From an uncultured Candidatus Saccharibacteria bacterium (GTDB lineage: Bacteria; Patescibacteriota; Minisyncoccia; Phycocordibacterales; UBA918), in NCBI GenBank assembly GCA_964638425.1, contig CAZWYM010000004.1, positions 33,301-96,562 of the forward strand: a DNA stretch of 63,262 nucleotides. Direction: 5' to 3'. Below, piece by piece: positions 1 through 8,939 of this stretch. Every line of letters begins with the position of its first letter. Position 1 is the stretch's first letter. The translations under genes and the position numbers were made by a program. The notes below the pieces were generated by a model. It saw only the letters and a list, made by a program, of their open reading frames with translations. It was not told where the DNA came from and made no database searches.

Positions 1-204
1 GGTAGCGGATACGGTACAAGTGGTGGCGATGTAATCGACAACGGATGTTGCGACACTGCAACAGTTATCGATTGGGAAAACTATTCCTATGCCGATTACT
101 ACGGTAGCGGATACGGTACAAGTGGTGGCGATGTAATCGACAACGGATGTTGCGACAATGCAACGGTTATCGATTGGGATAACTATTCATACGAACAAGA
201 TGAA
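1..204 (+). repeat. Two tandem copies of a 102-nt (34-aa) coding repeat; the array may continue upstream of the window
   Basis: nt 1-102 and 103-204 are near identical over the first ~85 nt (GSGYGTSGGDVIDNGCCD(T/N)ATVIDW(E/D)NYSY). Confidence 0.9.
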
Positions 205-1911
205 TATGAGTATCAGTATGATGAACCTGCAGAGTACGTAGAGTATTCATACGGGACACCATCATACTCATACGGTTCACATGATTATTCTCATGACTAT
301 GTGTACGCGTACAATGATAACTATTCATACCCAACATACACACACACAAACCCTACACCAAAGCCACGACCAACCTGTACGCTCACGGTAGATCCAGGCA
401 GTATTGATGAAGGTGAGCATGCAACACTTGCGTGGACGACAAGCAATGCTACATCTATCTCGATTAACAACGAAATCGGTTCAGTTTCAGAAAGTGGAAC
501 AAAGTCAGTCTCACCAGCAACATCTAAGACCTATACACTCGTTGCTACAGGGAAGGGTGGTTCGGTAACGTGTTCAGATACAATTATTGTTAAGGAAGAT
601 ACAAACAATAATGAAGATGTCTCATGTGACGCATTCACCGTAAATGATTCAAACGTCGAAGAGGGGGATGAAGTGACACTCACTTGGCGAACGACGGGAG
701 CTGACGATGTCGACATCAACAACGGAGTTGGAGATGTTGCTGATGACGGAAGTGAGAAGGTGACTGTCGACCGAGACACTACCTTTACCCTCACTGCTCG
801 AAATGGTTCTGATACTGATACCTGTAAAATTACGGTAAATGTTGATGAGGATACAAACAATAACGATGATGTCTCATGTGATGCATTCACTGTGAGCGAT
901 TCACGCGTTGAAGAAGGAGATGAAGTGACGCTCAAGTGGCGAACCACCGGAGCTGACGATGTCGACATCAACAACGGAGTTGGTGATGTCGATGAGGACG
1001 GAAGTGAGGAGGTAACAGTAAAACGAGACACTACCTTTACGCTTACCGCGCGAAATGGTTCTGATACTGACACATGCCGAGTAACGGTAAATGTTGAGGA
1101 GGATAACTCGAGTAGTGATACAGCACCACGATGTTCACTCCATATCTCTGATACAAAAATAACTGCAAACCAAAAGGTTACGCTCTCATGGGATAATACA
1201 CGTACTGATAGAATCATTCTTAAGGATAGTACTGGTCATGAAATTCTCGATTCACGAGATGATCGTGACGTAGACGAAGATAAAGATTCTGTTGTCGTGC
1301 ATCCAACACGTTCAACTGACTACACGCTTACTGTGTACAACGGAAGCAAGAAAAAGACGTGTACCGTAGGGGCAGATATTGAAGGTGTTGTGGTAACGAG
1401 TGTTCGTTCACAGGATGGAATTTCACTTACAAAGGTTCCGTACACTGGATTTGAAGCAGGCCCACTTCTTACATTCATTTTCTACGGAGCAATTGTCCTC
1501 TGGGGTATGGTGATTGCATATGCGCTTGTCATCCGAAAGAAGGCAGCTGTTGTTGGAGCAGAAATGATTGCTCACACACCTCATATCTCCGCGAGTGTTT
1601 CTGATGCTGTCGTAGACGATATTACGTTCCCACTTACAAGTGGAGCACCTGAACACCTTCCTACCGACGAAGTTGAGGATGTTGATATGAACAGTACTGA
1701 AGACACCGTACGTGCACTTGAAACGCATGCACACTCAAAGTTGGCACTTATTTCAAGCGATGCACTCCGACTCATCGAAAGCCAGAAGGGGACGCTCGAA
1801 GAGCAGATGGCGACGCTTGATCATGTGATTGACCTTGCGAAGGCACGTTTCCCAAAGGAAAGTGATTGGATTGTTATTAACAAAGAAAGAGTAATGTCAC
1901 TCCTCGGATAA
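1..1911 (+). CDS. Large surface/envelope protein, 5'-partial. It has Gly/Tyr/Cys-rich 34-aa repeats, a Tyr-rich spacer, four Ig-like ~80-aa modules, then VPYTG + TM helix + RKK and a ~125-aa C-terminal tail.
   Basis: Frame 1 is open from nt 1 (GSGYGTSGGDVIDNGCCD...), so the track start at 301 is an internal GTG. Modules repeat the pattern C..TV....V.EG..VTL.W.T.....I......V...G...V....T.TLTA.N. VPYTGFEAGPLLTFIFYGAIVLWGMVIAYALVIRKK is encoded at nt 1435-1542. The TAA stop is followed by a hairpin terminator. Confidence 0.8.
   Translation, partial: GSGYGTSGGDVIDNGCCDTATVIDWENYSYADYYGSGYGTSGGDVIDNGCCDNATVIDWDNYSYEQDEYEYQYDEPAEYVEYSYGTPSYSYGSHDYSHDYVYAYNDNYSYPTYTHTNPTPKPRPTCTLTVDPGSIDEGEHATLAWTTSNATSISINNEIGSVSESGTKSVSPATSKTYTLVATGKGGSVTCSDTIIVKEDTNNNEDVSCDAFTVNDSNVEEGDEVTLTWRTTGADDVDINNGVGDVADDGSEKVTVDRDTTFTLTARNGSDTDTCKITVNVDEDTNNNDDVSCDAFTVSDSRVEEGDEVTLKWRTTGADDVDINNGVGDVDEDGSEEVTVKRDTTFTLTARNGSDTDTCRVTVNVEEDNSSSDTAPRCSLHISDTKITANQKVTLSWDNTRTDRIILKDSTGHEILDSRDDRDVDEDKDSVVVHPTRSTDYTLTVYNGSKKKTCTVGADIEGVVVTSVRSQDGISLTKVPYTGFEAGPLLTFIFYGAIVLWGMVIAYALVIRKKAAVVGAEMIAHTPHISASVSDAVVDDITFPLTSGAPEHLPTDEVEDVDMNSTEDTVRALETHAHSKLALISSDALRLIESQKGTLEEQMATLDHVIDLAKARFPKESDWIVINKERVMSLLG
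598..1101 (+). repeat. Two tandem copies of a 252-nt (84-aa) coding repeat (Ig-like module)
   Basis: DTNNNEDVSCDAFTVNDSNVEEGDEVTLTWRTTGADDVDINNGVGDV... versus DTNNNDDVSCDAFTVSDSRVEEGDEVTLKWRTTGADDVDINNGVGDV... Confidence 0.9.
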
Positions 1912-1932
1912 TACATCTGAGGAGGCATACAC

Positions 1933-1962
1933 AAAAAACCGCGACATAGGTCGCGGTTTTTT
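1933..1962. terminator. Bidirectional intrinsic terminator between convergent genes
   Basis: aaaaaa-ccgcgac-atag-gtcgcgg-tttttt. Confidence 0.85.
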
Positions 1963-1968
1963 GTGTAC

Positions 1969-3726
1969 CTACATTTTCTTCGTTTCGATTTCTGCAAGGA
2001 GATGGTTCCCAACTGATTCAAGTGTGATTTGTTGGGAATTACCATTTCTTGATTCAAGAGTCACCATTTTTTCTGCCACTTCTTTATCTCCTACAACGAT
2101 GAAGTAGGGGAGTCGTTCCTGTTTTGCTGTTCGGATTTTTTTACCCATTGATTCATTGCTGGTATCTAAGGTCGATCTAATGCCAACTGCGGATAGTTCG
2201 GTATGTACTTGTGTTGCGTACGCGCTATGTGCATCACTCACAGGAATAACGCGAATTTGCTCAGGAGCAAGCCAAAGGGGGAAGTTCCCACCGAGATGCT
2301 CTATAAGTACCGCAGAGAAGCGCTCAATAGATCCCATAATTGCGCAATGGATCATAACGATACGCTCTTTCTGACCAGCTTCATTGATACATGAAAGATC
2401 AAATCGTTCAGGGAGATTCATGTCTAGTTGTATCGTTGCGACCTGATGCTCACGTCCAAGAGAATCCTTTGCCATAAAGTCGAGTTTTGGTCCGTACATA
2501 GCAGCTTCTCCCGGCGCTTCAAAGTAATCTGCGTGTCGTGCTTTCGCAATGTCTCGAAGGGCATTTTCTGCGTTGTCCCATATTTCCTTTGTGCCGAGAT
2601 AGTTTTCGAATTTCGAAGGCTCATGAAAGGAAAGGCGAACGCGGAGGTTGAATCCAAAAGTACTGTAAAACGTATCAATCATGTCCCAAATTCTAAAGAA
2701 TTCTTCCTTTACTTGGCTATGTCTACAAAATACATGAGAATCATCTTGTGTAATAGAAAGCACGCGAGTTAGTCCACCAAGTTCTCCTGATTGTTCATCA
2801 CGATATACCATTGTCGTTTCTGCGTACCGTTGAGGCATCTCTCTGTAGCTATGTGGCTTACGATCAAAGATTTGTGTGTGGTGCGGACAGTTCATTGGCT
2901 TGAGTGCATACTCCTTACCTTCACGTGTTGTAATACGAAATAATTCATCCGCAAATTTTTCCCAATGCCCTGAGGTGACATAGAGATCTTTCTTTGTGAT
3001 GTGTGGGATGGTGACACGAGTGTACCCATGTTTTTCTCTAAGTGCCCAAATGTACGTATCGAGTGTATTACGAAGGATGGCACCTTTTGGAGTCCAAAGA
3101 GGAAGTCCTGATCCTACAAGGTCTGAGAATGTGAAGAGGTCGAGTTCCTTACCAAGTTTTCGGTGGTCACGCTTCTTCGCTTCCTCAATTTGTGTGAGGT
3201 GTGCAGTGAGTGCTTCGCCATCTTCAAATGCAAGCCCGTAAATACGGGTAAGCATTGGATTGTTTGAATCTCCACGCCAGTATGCTCCTGCGAGTGAGGT
3301 GAGCTTGAATGAGTCAGCTGGAATATCAGTTGCTGGGGATTCACTGTGCCCACCTCGACAAAGGTCGGTGAACTCTGTGTGTCCTTCACCCACAGTATAA
3401 AGCGTTATCGTTTCACCAGCCTTTTCGAGGTCATTGATAAGCTCAGTCTTGTACACATTATTTTTGAAAATTTCTCGAGCCTCGTTTGGGGTTACGACAC
3501 GATGGGTAAACGCTTTCCATGATGAAAGCATCTTTTTCATGTTTTTTTCGAGTTGTTTTAGGTCTGCATCACTTGGTGTTGCGCCCCCGCTAAAATCAAA
3601 GTCATAGTAAAATCCTGTTTCAATAGCTGGACCAATAGTAGGAAGGGCATGAGGAAAATCCTTGCGGACGGAACACGCGAGAAGATGTGCGAGAGTGTGA
3701 CGTTTTTGTTCGAGGGATGTTTCCAT
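1969..3726 (-). CDS. thrS: Threonyl-tRNA synthetase (starts at the editing/SAD domain; no TGS domain)
   Basis: 585-aa ORF. N-terminal HTLAHLL...GPAIETGFYYDFDF editing-domain motifs, a class II core (..EYALKPMNCPHH.., ..RVLSITQDDSH..) and an anticodon-binding C-terminus. ATG at 3726. Confidence 0.93.
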   Translation of the reverse strand: METSLEQKRHTLAHLLACSVRKDFPHALPTIGPAIETGFYYDFDFSGGATPSDADLKQLEKNMKKMLSSWKAFTHRVVTPNEAREIFKNNVYKTELINDLEKAGETITLYTVGEGHTEFTDLCRGGHSESPATDIPADSFKLTSLAGAYWRGDSNNPMLTRIYGLAFEDGEALTAHLTQIEEAKKRDHRKLGKELDLFTFSDLVGSGLPLWTPKGAILRNTLDTYIWALREKHGYTRVTIPHITKKDLYVTSGHWEKFADELFRITTREGKEYALKPMNCPHHTQIFDRKPHSYREMPQRYAETTMVYRDEQSGELGGLTRVLSITQDDSHVFCRHSQVKEEFFRIWDMIDTFYSTFGFNLRVRLSFHEPSKFENYLGTKEIWDNAENALRDIAKARHADYFEAPGEAAMYGPKLDFMAKDSLGREHQVATIQLDMNLPERFDLSCINEAGQKERIVMIHCAIMGSIERFSAVLIEHLGGNFPLWLAPEQIRVIPVSDAHSAYATQVHTELSAVGIRSTLDTSNESMGKKIRTAKQERLPYFIVVGDKEVAEKMVTLESRNGNSQQITLESVGNHLLAEIETKKM

Positions 3727-3844
3727 AAATATTTTTAGGTTTCAGTTATTTCCTATGTGTTCATTATCTTATTTAAAATATCACAAAATGGCAAAAATAC
3801 CGAATAGTGTCCTGTCTCACGTTCGTGAGTAGTATTTCCCGTTT

Positions 3845-6800
3845 CTACTCAGGAGTAGCTGAAGGGGCTACAGGTTGGAGGGACTTCATACGGTCAATGA
3901 CAATCGTGGGTTCTTCATTTCGCATCGAAATTTTCCCTTGAATCGCAATACATGAGCCAGGGGTAATGAGCGCAATATTTGCTCGATACAATTCAGGGAA
4001 TGCAACGAGTTCGATACTTTCAAGTCCGTCGCCAAGCATCACAAATGCCATACGGTCACCCTTCTTTGTCAGAATTTCCTGAACACTCTCAATCATCCCT
4101 GCGGTTACTGCAGGGATACCATTTCGTGTTTCCTTCTTGAGAACGCCAATACGTGGACGTTTTGCCAGTTCACTTTGGAATGCATCAAGTGGATGTCCTG
4201 ATACATACACACCGAGAAGCTCCTTTTCCCAAATGAGCTTCTCATTTTTTGTTGCTGGTGTCCCTTCCTCAAGTTCAAGTGTATGAAGGAAAGATTCATC
4301 TCCCGAACCAAAGAGTGAATCTTGTGCAGATGCTTTACCGTGGGATTGCTCTTTGTGGTAGGCGAGGAGCATCTCAGAGTTGTGGAGTATTCTTCCGCGC
4401 TCCCCGAAGCGGTCAAACGACCCCGACATGGTGAGTGCTTCGAGCGATTTTTTATTGAAGTTCTTTCCTGTAATGCGAGAGAGGAAATCTTGGAGGGAGG
4501 TATACGCACCATTTTCTTTACGTTCTTCAATGATTGATTCAGCAATTCCTTCTCCAAAATTTTTAATCGTCGTCAGACCAAAACGAATTTTTGCGGGTAC
4601 ATCCTCGCGAGCAGGCACTACGGAGAACGGGCCAAAACTTTCATTGATGTCAGGAGGGAGTACTTCAATTCCCATGCGAACACACTCATGAATAATTTCT
4701 GAAATTTTCTCAGTGTCACCAGCGTCGGCAGTGAGTACAGCGGACATATATTCAACAGGGTAGTTTGCCTTCATGTACGCTGTTTGGTACGCAACTCTTC
4801 CGTAGCTTGCCGCGTGCGCTTTGTTAAATCCGTACGCCGCAAACGGCTCAATGAGCTTCCAAATTTTCTCTGCAAGGTTCTGTGAAAGTTTTCCGTGGTG
4901 CATGAACCCGCTGATGAGCTTTTCTCGCTCAGCTTCCATCACCGCAGGAATCTTTTTACCCATCGCCTTTCGGAGCATATCTGCCTCGAGCCATGAGTAC
5001 CCACCCAGCTCACGAGAAATCATCATAACGTCGTCTTGGTAGGTGATAACTCCATATGAACGATCAAGAATTTTTTCAAGTCGAGGATCGAGGTAGCTAA
5101 TGAGATTGGGGTTATGCTTACGTTCAATATACTGTGGAATAGATTCCATCGGCCCTGGTCGATAGAGTGCAACCATCGCATTGATGTCGTGGATGGTTGT
5201 TGGTTGGAGTTGCTTAAGGAAGGCGGTCATTCCCGTTCCGTTAAGCTGGAAGAGTCCCATTGTTTCTCCTCGTGCGAGCATGTCGTAGGTTTTTTTGTCG
5301 TCGACGGGAACGTTCTCAATGTCCACCTCAATCCCATGAATTACCTGCACACGACGTACAGCCTCAGAGAGAATTGAGAGATTTTTAATTCCGAGGAAGT
5401 CGAACTTGAGGAGACCGACACCGTCTTCTCCTACTGAGTGCATTTCATACTGCGTAATAAGTTTTCCTGATTTCGGGTCGGGTTGTACGGGTACGAGGTC
5501 GGTGAGTGGTACGGGAGAAATCACCACACCTGCTGCGTGTACTCCCACGTGACGCACACGTCCTTCAATTTGTTTTGCTAAGTCGATGACCTCCTTCGTA
5601 TCAGCATCCTTTTTATAGAGCTCCGCTAGGTCAGGTTCAATCTCCATCGCTTTTAGGATGGTCATTGGAAATCCTTGGCTTCCCATAGGAATGAGCTTTG
5701 CGATACGGTCTCCTGTGGAGTAGGGGTGACCAAGTGCACGCGCAACATCACGCACCGCAGCGCGCGCCATCATTGTTCCAAAGGTACCAATCTGCGCGAC
5801 GTTGTCTGTCCCGTACACGGTACGCGCATATTCAATGATTTCATCTCGACGATTGTCAGCATAGTCCATGTCGATATCAGGAGCAGAAGGTCGCTCAGGA
5901 TTAAGGAAACGTTCGAAGGGGAGTTTGTATTCGAGTGGATTTACATTCGTAATTCCAAGAACGTACGTGGTGAGTGACCCCGCAACAGAACCTCGAATGG
6001 TGGTTAATATTTTTCGCTCACGCGCTTCGCGAAGAAGGTCGCCTACTACGAGAAAGTATTTAGCGTACCCTTTCATTTTAATAACACTGATTTCGTAATC
6101 GAGTCGTTCCTTTACAATAGGGTCATCAAGCGAGAGACCTCGCCATGCGACTCCTTCGTATGCAGTTGCTTGCAGTTCTTCGTCTGGTTCGCGACCACTC
6201 TTTATTTTGTAGTCGGGGAAGTACCATGTTGCACCAAGGTTCATTTCAACGGTACATGCTGAAGCAATCCGAACGGTATTCTGAAGTGCCTCAAGCTCAG
6301 GTGGTGTAACAAACAATTCTTTTGCTTTCTCTTGAGAAATAAAAGAAAAATTTGGTGCAAGTTCTCCCTTGCTGTCGTTCGTCTCAACGACACCACCGTT
6401 CTGTATTTTAATCATCGTCTCTCGTGCAAGATAATCAGTCTGCTCAAGATAATAGGCATCATGTGCCGCAACGAGTTTTGTCTTCGTTTTTTGGCTGAGG
6501 TCAATGATGTTTTTCTGGACTTCTTCGTGACCCTCAATTTCAGGGTGATGCGTAATCTCAAGGTAGCAGTCATCACCAAAAAGATTTTTATACCAGTCGA
6601 GCGTTGATTCAGCTTTTTCTTGATTGAGGTCCTTAAGTGCAAGGATAGGTTCTCCACTGAAAGACGGAATGATACAGACGAGGTCCTTATGGAATTCAGA
6701 GAGAAGGTCATGGTCGATACGCGGTTTGTAGTAAAAGCCGTTCACGAAAGACTCGGTAACAATCTTAATGAGGTTCTTATACCCATCATTATTTTTTGCG

Positions 6801-7096
6801 AGGAGTACGACGCGCCCTCGGGGTTTATCGAGTCCTGCGTCTTTATCAAATCGTGTTCGTGGAGCAAGGTACGCATCTACACCAATGATTGGTTTAATAT
6901 TTTCCTTCGTACACGCCTTATAAAAATTAATTGCTCCGTACAGTGCGCCATTGTCGGTGAGTGCAAGGGCAGGCATGTTGTACTCCTTTGCTCGTTGGGC
7001 AAGTTCTTTTGGGGTGGGGAGCGCATTTAAGAGGGAATAGTGCGAGTGCGTATGGAGGTGGATGAAGTCAGCAGAGAGAGGGTCTTTCGAAGGCAT
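3845..7096 (-). CDS. dnaE: DNA polymerase III alpha subunit
   Basis: 1083 aa. PHP domain at the N-terminus (FIHLHTHSHYSLL..ALTDNGALYG), pol III alpha core (..GLLKFDFLGIKNLS.., ..FNKAHAASYG..) and an OB-fold C-terminus. Confidence 0.95.
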   Translation of the reverse strand: MPSKDPLSADFIHLHTHSHYSLLNALPTPKELAQRAKEYNMPALALTDNGALYGAINFYKACTKENIKPIIGVDAYLAPRTRFDKDAGLDKPRGRVVLLAKNNDGYKNLIKIVTESFVNGFYYKPRIDHDLLSEFHKDLVCIIPSFSGEPILALKDLNQEKAESTLDWYKNLFGDDCYLEITHHPEIEGHEEVQKNIIDLSQKTKTKLVAAHDAYYLEQTDYLARETMIKIQNGGVVETNDSKGELAPNFSFISQEKAKELFVTPPELEALQNTVRIASACTVEMNLGATWYFPDYKIKSGREPDEELQATAYEGVAWRGLSLDDPIVKERLDYEISVIKMKGYAKYFLVVGDLLREARERKILTTIRGSVAGSLTTYVLGITNVNPLEYKLPFERFLNPERPSAPDIDMDYADNRRDEIIEYARTVYGTDNVAQIGTFGTMMARAAVRDVARALGHPYSTGDRIAKLIPMGSQGFPMTILKAMEIEPDLAELYKKDADTKEVIDLAKQIEGRVRHVGVHAAGVVISPVPLTDLVPVQPDPKSGKLITQYEMHSVGEDGVGLLKFDFLGIKNLSILSEAVRRVQVIHGIEVDIENVPVDDKKTYDMLARGETMGLFQLNGTGMTAFLKQLQPTTIHDINAMVALYRPGPMESIPQYIERKHNPNLISYLDPRLEKILDRSYGVITYQDDVMMISRELGGYSWLEADMLRKAMGKKIPAVMEAEREKLISGFMHHGKLSQNLAEKIWKLIEPFAAYGFNKAHAASYGRVAYQTAYMKANYPVEYMSAVLTADAGDTEKISEIIHECVRMGIEVLPPDINESFGPFSVVPAREDVPAKIRFGLTTIKNFGEGIAESIIEERKENGAYTSLQDFLSRITGKNFNKKSLEALTMSGSFDRFGERGRILHNSEMLLAYHKEQSHGKASAQDSLFGSGDESFLHTLELEEGTPATKNEKLIWEKELLGVYVSGHPLDAFQSELAKRPRIGVLKKETRNGIPAVTAGMIESVQEILTKKGDRMAFVMLGDGLESIELVAFPELYRANIALITPGSCIAIQGKISMRNEEPTIVIDRMKSLQPVAPSATPE

Positions 7097-7172
7097 AGTT
7101 CTAGTATTGTATAGTAATATAGAAGAAAGAAAAACTAACGAAAATGGAGACCGATAATACTAAAAATCAAAG

Positions 7173-7859
7173 ATGCTGAGGAAAGTTCGAGAAAAAACAA
7201 GAACTTCAAGCGAGACGTACATAGCGTACGGTGAGCGAAGAGTTCGCAGGTTTGACAAAGAAATTTCCCAGAAGGTTCGATTTTTAATTGGAGTTGATGA
7301 GGCTGGTAGAGGCCCCCTAGCCGGCCCAGTCGCTGTAGGCGTTGCCATTGTGCCGGTCTATTTTGATTGGACGCTTATTCTGGGGGTGGGGGATTCGAAG
7401 AAAGTGACGCCGAAAAATCGCGAAGCGATTTTTCGGCGAGCAAAACAACTCAAAAAAGACGGACTGCTTGATTTTGCCGTTGTCCTTGTTTCTGCGAAGG
7501 TTATAGATAAAATTGGTATTACGAAAGCTGTAGCTCTGGGTATCACGCGAGCATTCGCAAAACTAAATCCCAATCCTGACGCTACTGATGTACGACTCGA
7601 TGGACTCCTCAAGGCTCCTCCACAGTTCACAAATCAACAAACCATTATTAAAGGAGATCAGAAGGAGAAGGTGATTGGCCTCGCGTCTATCATGGCGAAG
7701 GTAACACGAGATGATCATATGGTCCGTCTTGCACGTCTTCATCCCCATTACCACTTTGAAGTTCATAAAGGATATGGCACAAAGGTTCATCGAGGAGCCA
7801 TCCTAAAGTACGGGATTTCTGGGGCGCACCGTCAGTCTTTTTGTAAAAAGTTCATATAA
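7173..7859 (+). CDS. rnhB: Ribonuclease HII
   Basis: IGVDEAGRGPLAGPVAVG and DSKK motifs. A ~35-aa basic N-terminal extension is present if ATG 7173 is the start. Confidence 0.85.
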   Translation: MLRKVREKTRTSSETYIAYGERRVRRFDKEISQKVRFLIGVDEAGRGPLAGPVAVGVAIVPVYFDWTLILGVGDSKKVTPKNREAIFRRAKQLKKDGLLDFAVVLVSAKVIDKIGITKAVALGITRAFAKLNPNPDATDVRLDGLLKAPPQFTNQQTIIKGDQKEKVIGLASIMAKVTRDDHMVRLARLHPHYHFEVHKGYGTKVHRGAILKYGISGAHRQSFCKKFI

Positions 7860-8005
7860 TGAGCCGTTTTATTCGAGTATAGACACGTATTGTTTTTTGT
7901 AGTAGAATATTAGCTTCGTTCCATAGAAAAAGAGCGATAAAAAGAACCATTTACAGGGAAAAGAGTACGTAAATGGGTATTTCAACATTAAAAAGGAGTA
8001 CCTTA

Positions 8006-8422
8006 ATGACAACATTAAGTAACGAAGAACCACATCACAAAAGAAACCTAAAAAGTGATGCATCACGAAGCATTGAACAGCAGGTTGCAAAATGCATTGA
8101 TGTAACTACACGAATCAAGAACATTGTTCGAGTTTGGCTAAGTGAAAACAAGAAATTACTTGGACATATTAATGCACACGTTCGTTTGTTAAATGATGTG
8201 GGAACTATGGAATTGGAATTCAGTGGAGGTAATCTCACCGAAGACCATAAAGAGATAATCAAGAAGTACCTCTTAAACGGGGACTTCAAAACGGCGATTC
8301 AGCTAGTTCTGGAATCAGAACTCGGCTGGTCAAACTTCCGTGTGAGCAGATGTTCATGGGGCAAGTTCGAATTGAAGTACAGTTGGTGCATCCAAAAAAT
8401 TGACCCACTGAAAAAATCATAG
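8006..8422 (+). CDS. Hypothetical protein (138 aa)
   Basis: ORF 7973-8422. The ATG at 8006 has a strong SD (aaaggag-7 nt-ATG). A hairpin terminator follows. No recognisable motif. Confidence 0.6.
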   Translation: MTTLSNEEPHHKRNLKSDASRSIEQQVAKCIDVTTRIKNIVRVWLSENKKLLGHINAHVRLLNDVGTMELEFSGGNLTEDHKEIIKKYLLNGDFKTAIQLVLESELGWSNFRVSRCSWGKFELKYSWCIQKIDPLKKS

Positions 8423-8442
8423 TCTCATTTTATTGAGGCACA

Positions 8443-8471
8443 CCGCGACAGAATCTTGTCGCGGTTTTTTT
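8443..8471 (+). terminator. Intrinsic terminator
   Basis: ccgcgaca-gaatct-tgtcgcgg-ttttttt. It has the same stem core as the terminator at 1939-1956. Confidence 0.85.
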
Positions 8472-8527
8472 ATTTTAGCGATATTTTTACCTAAAATAGC
8501 CCAAAATATAGGTATAGCTCGGTATTA

Positions 8528-8556
8528 TTGCGCTCTTTCAGGATATCTGTTATAGT
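8528..8556 (+). promoter_or_regulatory. Sigma-70-like promoter for rpmF (TTGCGC-17-TATAGT)
   Basis: -35 at 8528-33 and -10 at 8551-56, which is 10 nt upstream of ATG 8567. Confidence 0.45.
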
Positions 8557-8566
8557 GCTTGCCATT

Positions 8567-8845
8567 ATGGTTATACGAATGCGACATACACGATCCCACA
8601 CAGGGAATCGTCGTTCACATCATGCGCTTAAGGCGGCAAATCTTTCTAAGTGTTCACACTGTGGAGAGTCACACCGACCTCATCACATGTGTCTTTCATG
8701 TGGATACTACAACGGCCGTCAGGTTATGGATCTTGCATCAGAAAAGGCAAAGCGAGATGCTCGAATTAAGTTAAAGCAAGAGAGAATTAAAAGCGAACTT
8801 GGAGTAGTCCCAGAACCAGTAGCAGAGGCAAAAGAATCAAAGTAA
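8567..8845 (+). CDS. rpmF: 50S ribosomal protein L32
   Basis: [21 protein letters not shown]...[25 protein letters not shown] (zinc-ribbon CxxC...CxxC). The start could also be ATG 8579. The track start at 8528 falls within the predicted promoter (-35 at 8528-8533). Confidence 0.85.
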   Translation: MVIRMRHTRSHTGNRRSHHALKAANLSKCSHCGESHRPHHMCLSCGYYNGRQVMDLASEKAKRDARIKLKQERIKSELGVVPEPVAEAKESK

Positions 8846-8862
8846 AACACCAAGTTGGAATT

Positions 8863-8905
8863 GTTTCCACAGAAATGCCCCGAAAAGGGGCATTTCTGTG
8901 GAAAC
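8863..8905 (+). terminator. 19-bp perfect hairpin after rpmF with no U-tract
   Basis: gtttccacagaaatgcccc-gaaaa-ggggcatttctgtggaaac. Confidence 0.5.
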
Positions 8906-8939
8906 GTCTGTTATACTGGTTGCAGTAGTTCATTAGTAC

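Noticed and set aside
531-1217. Long antisense or alternative-frame ORFs in the track. Examples are 531-1217(-), 8975-9496(-), 12248-12676(-), 23346-23903(-), 31396-31716(-), 33662-34138(-), 34695-35114(-) and 54694-55164(+).
   Set aside because: Each lies entirely inside a CDS that has clear family motifs on the other strand or frame. Their translations are low-complexity (Ser/Arg/Pro-rich), as expected for shadows of repetitive or biased coding sequence, and they lack SD sequences.
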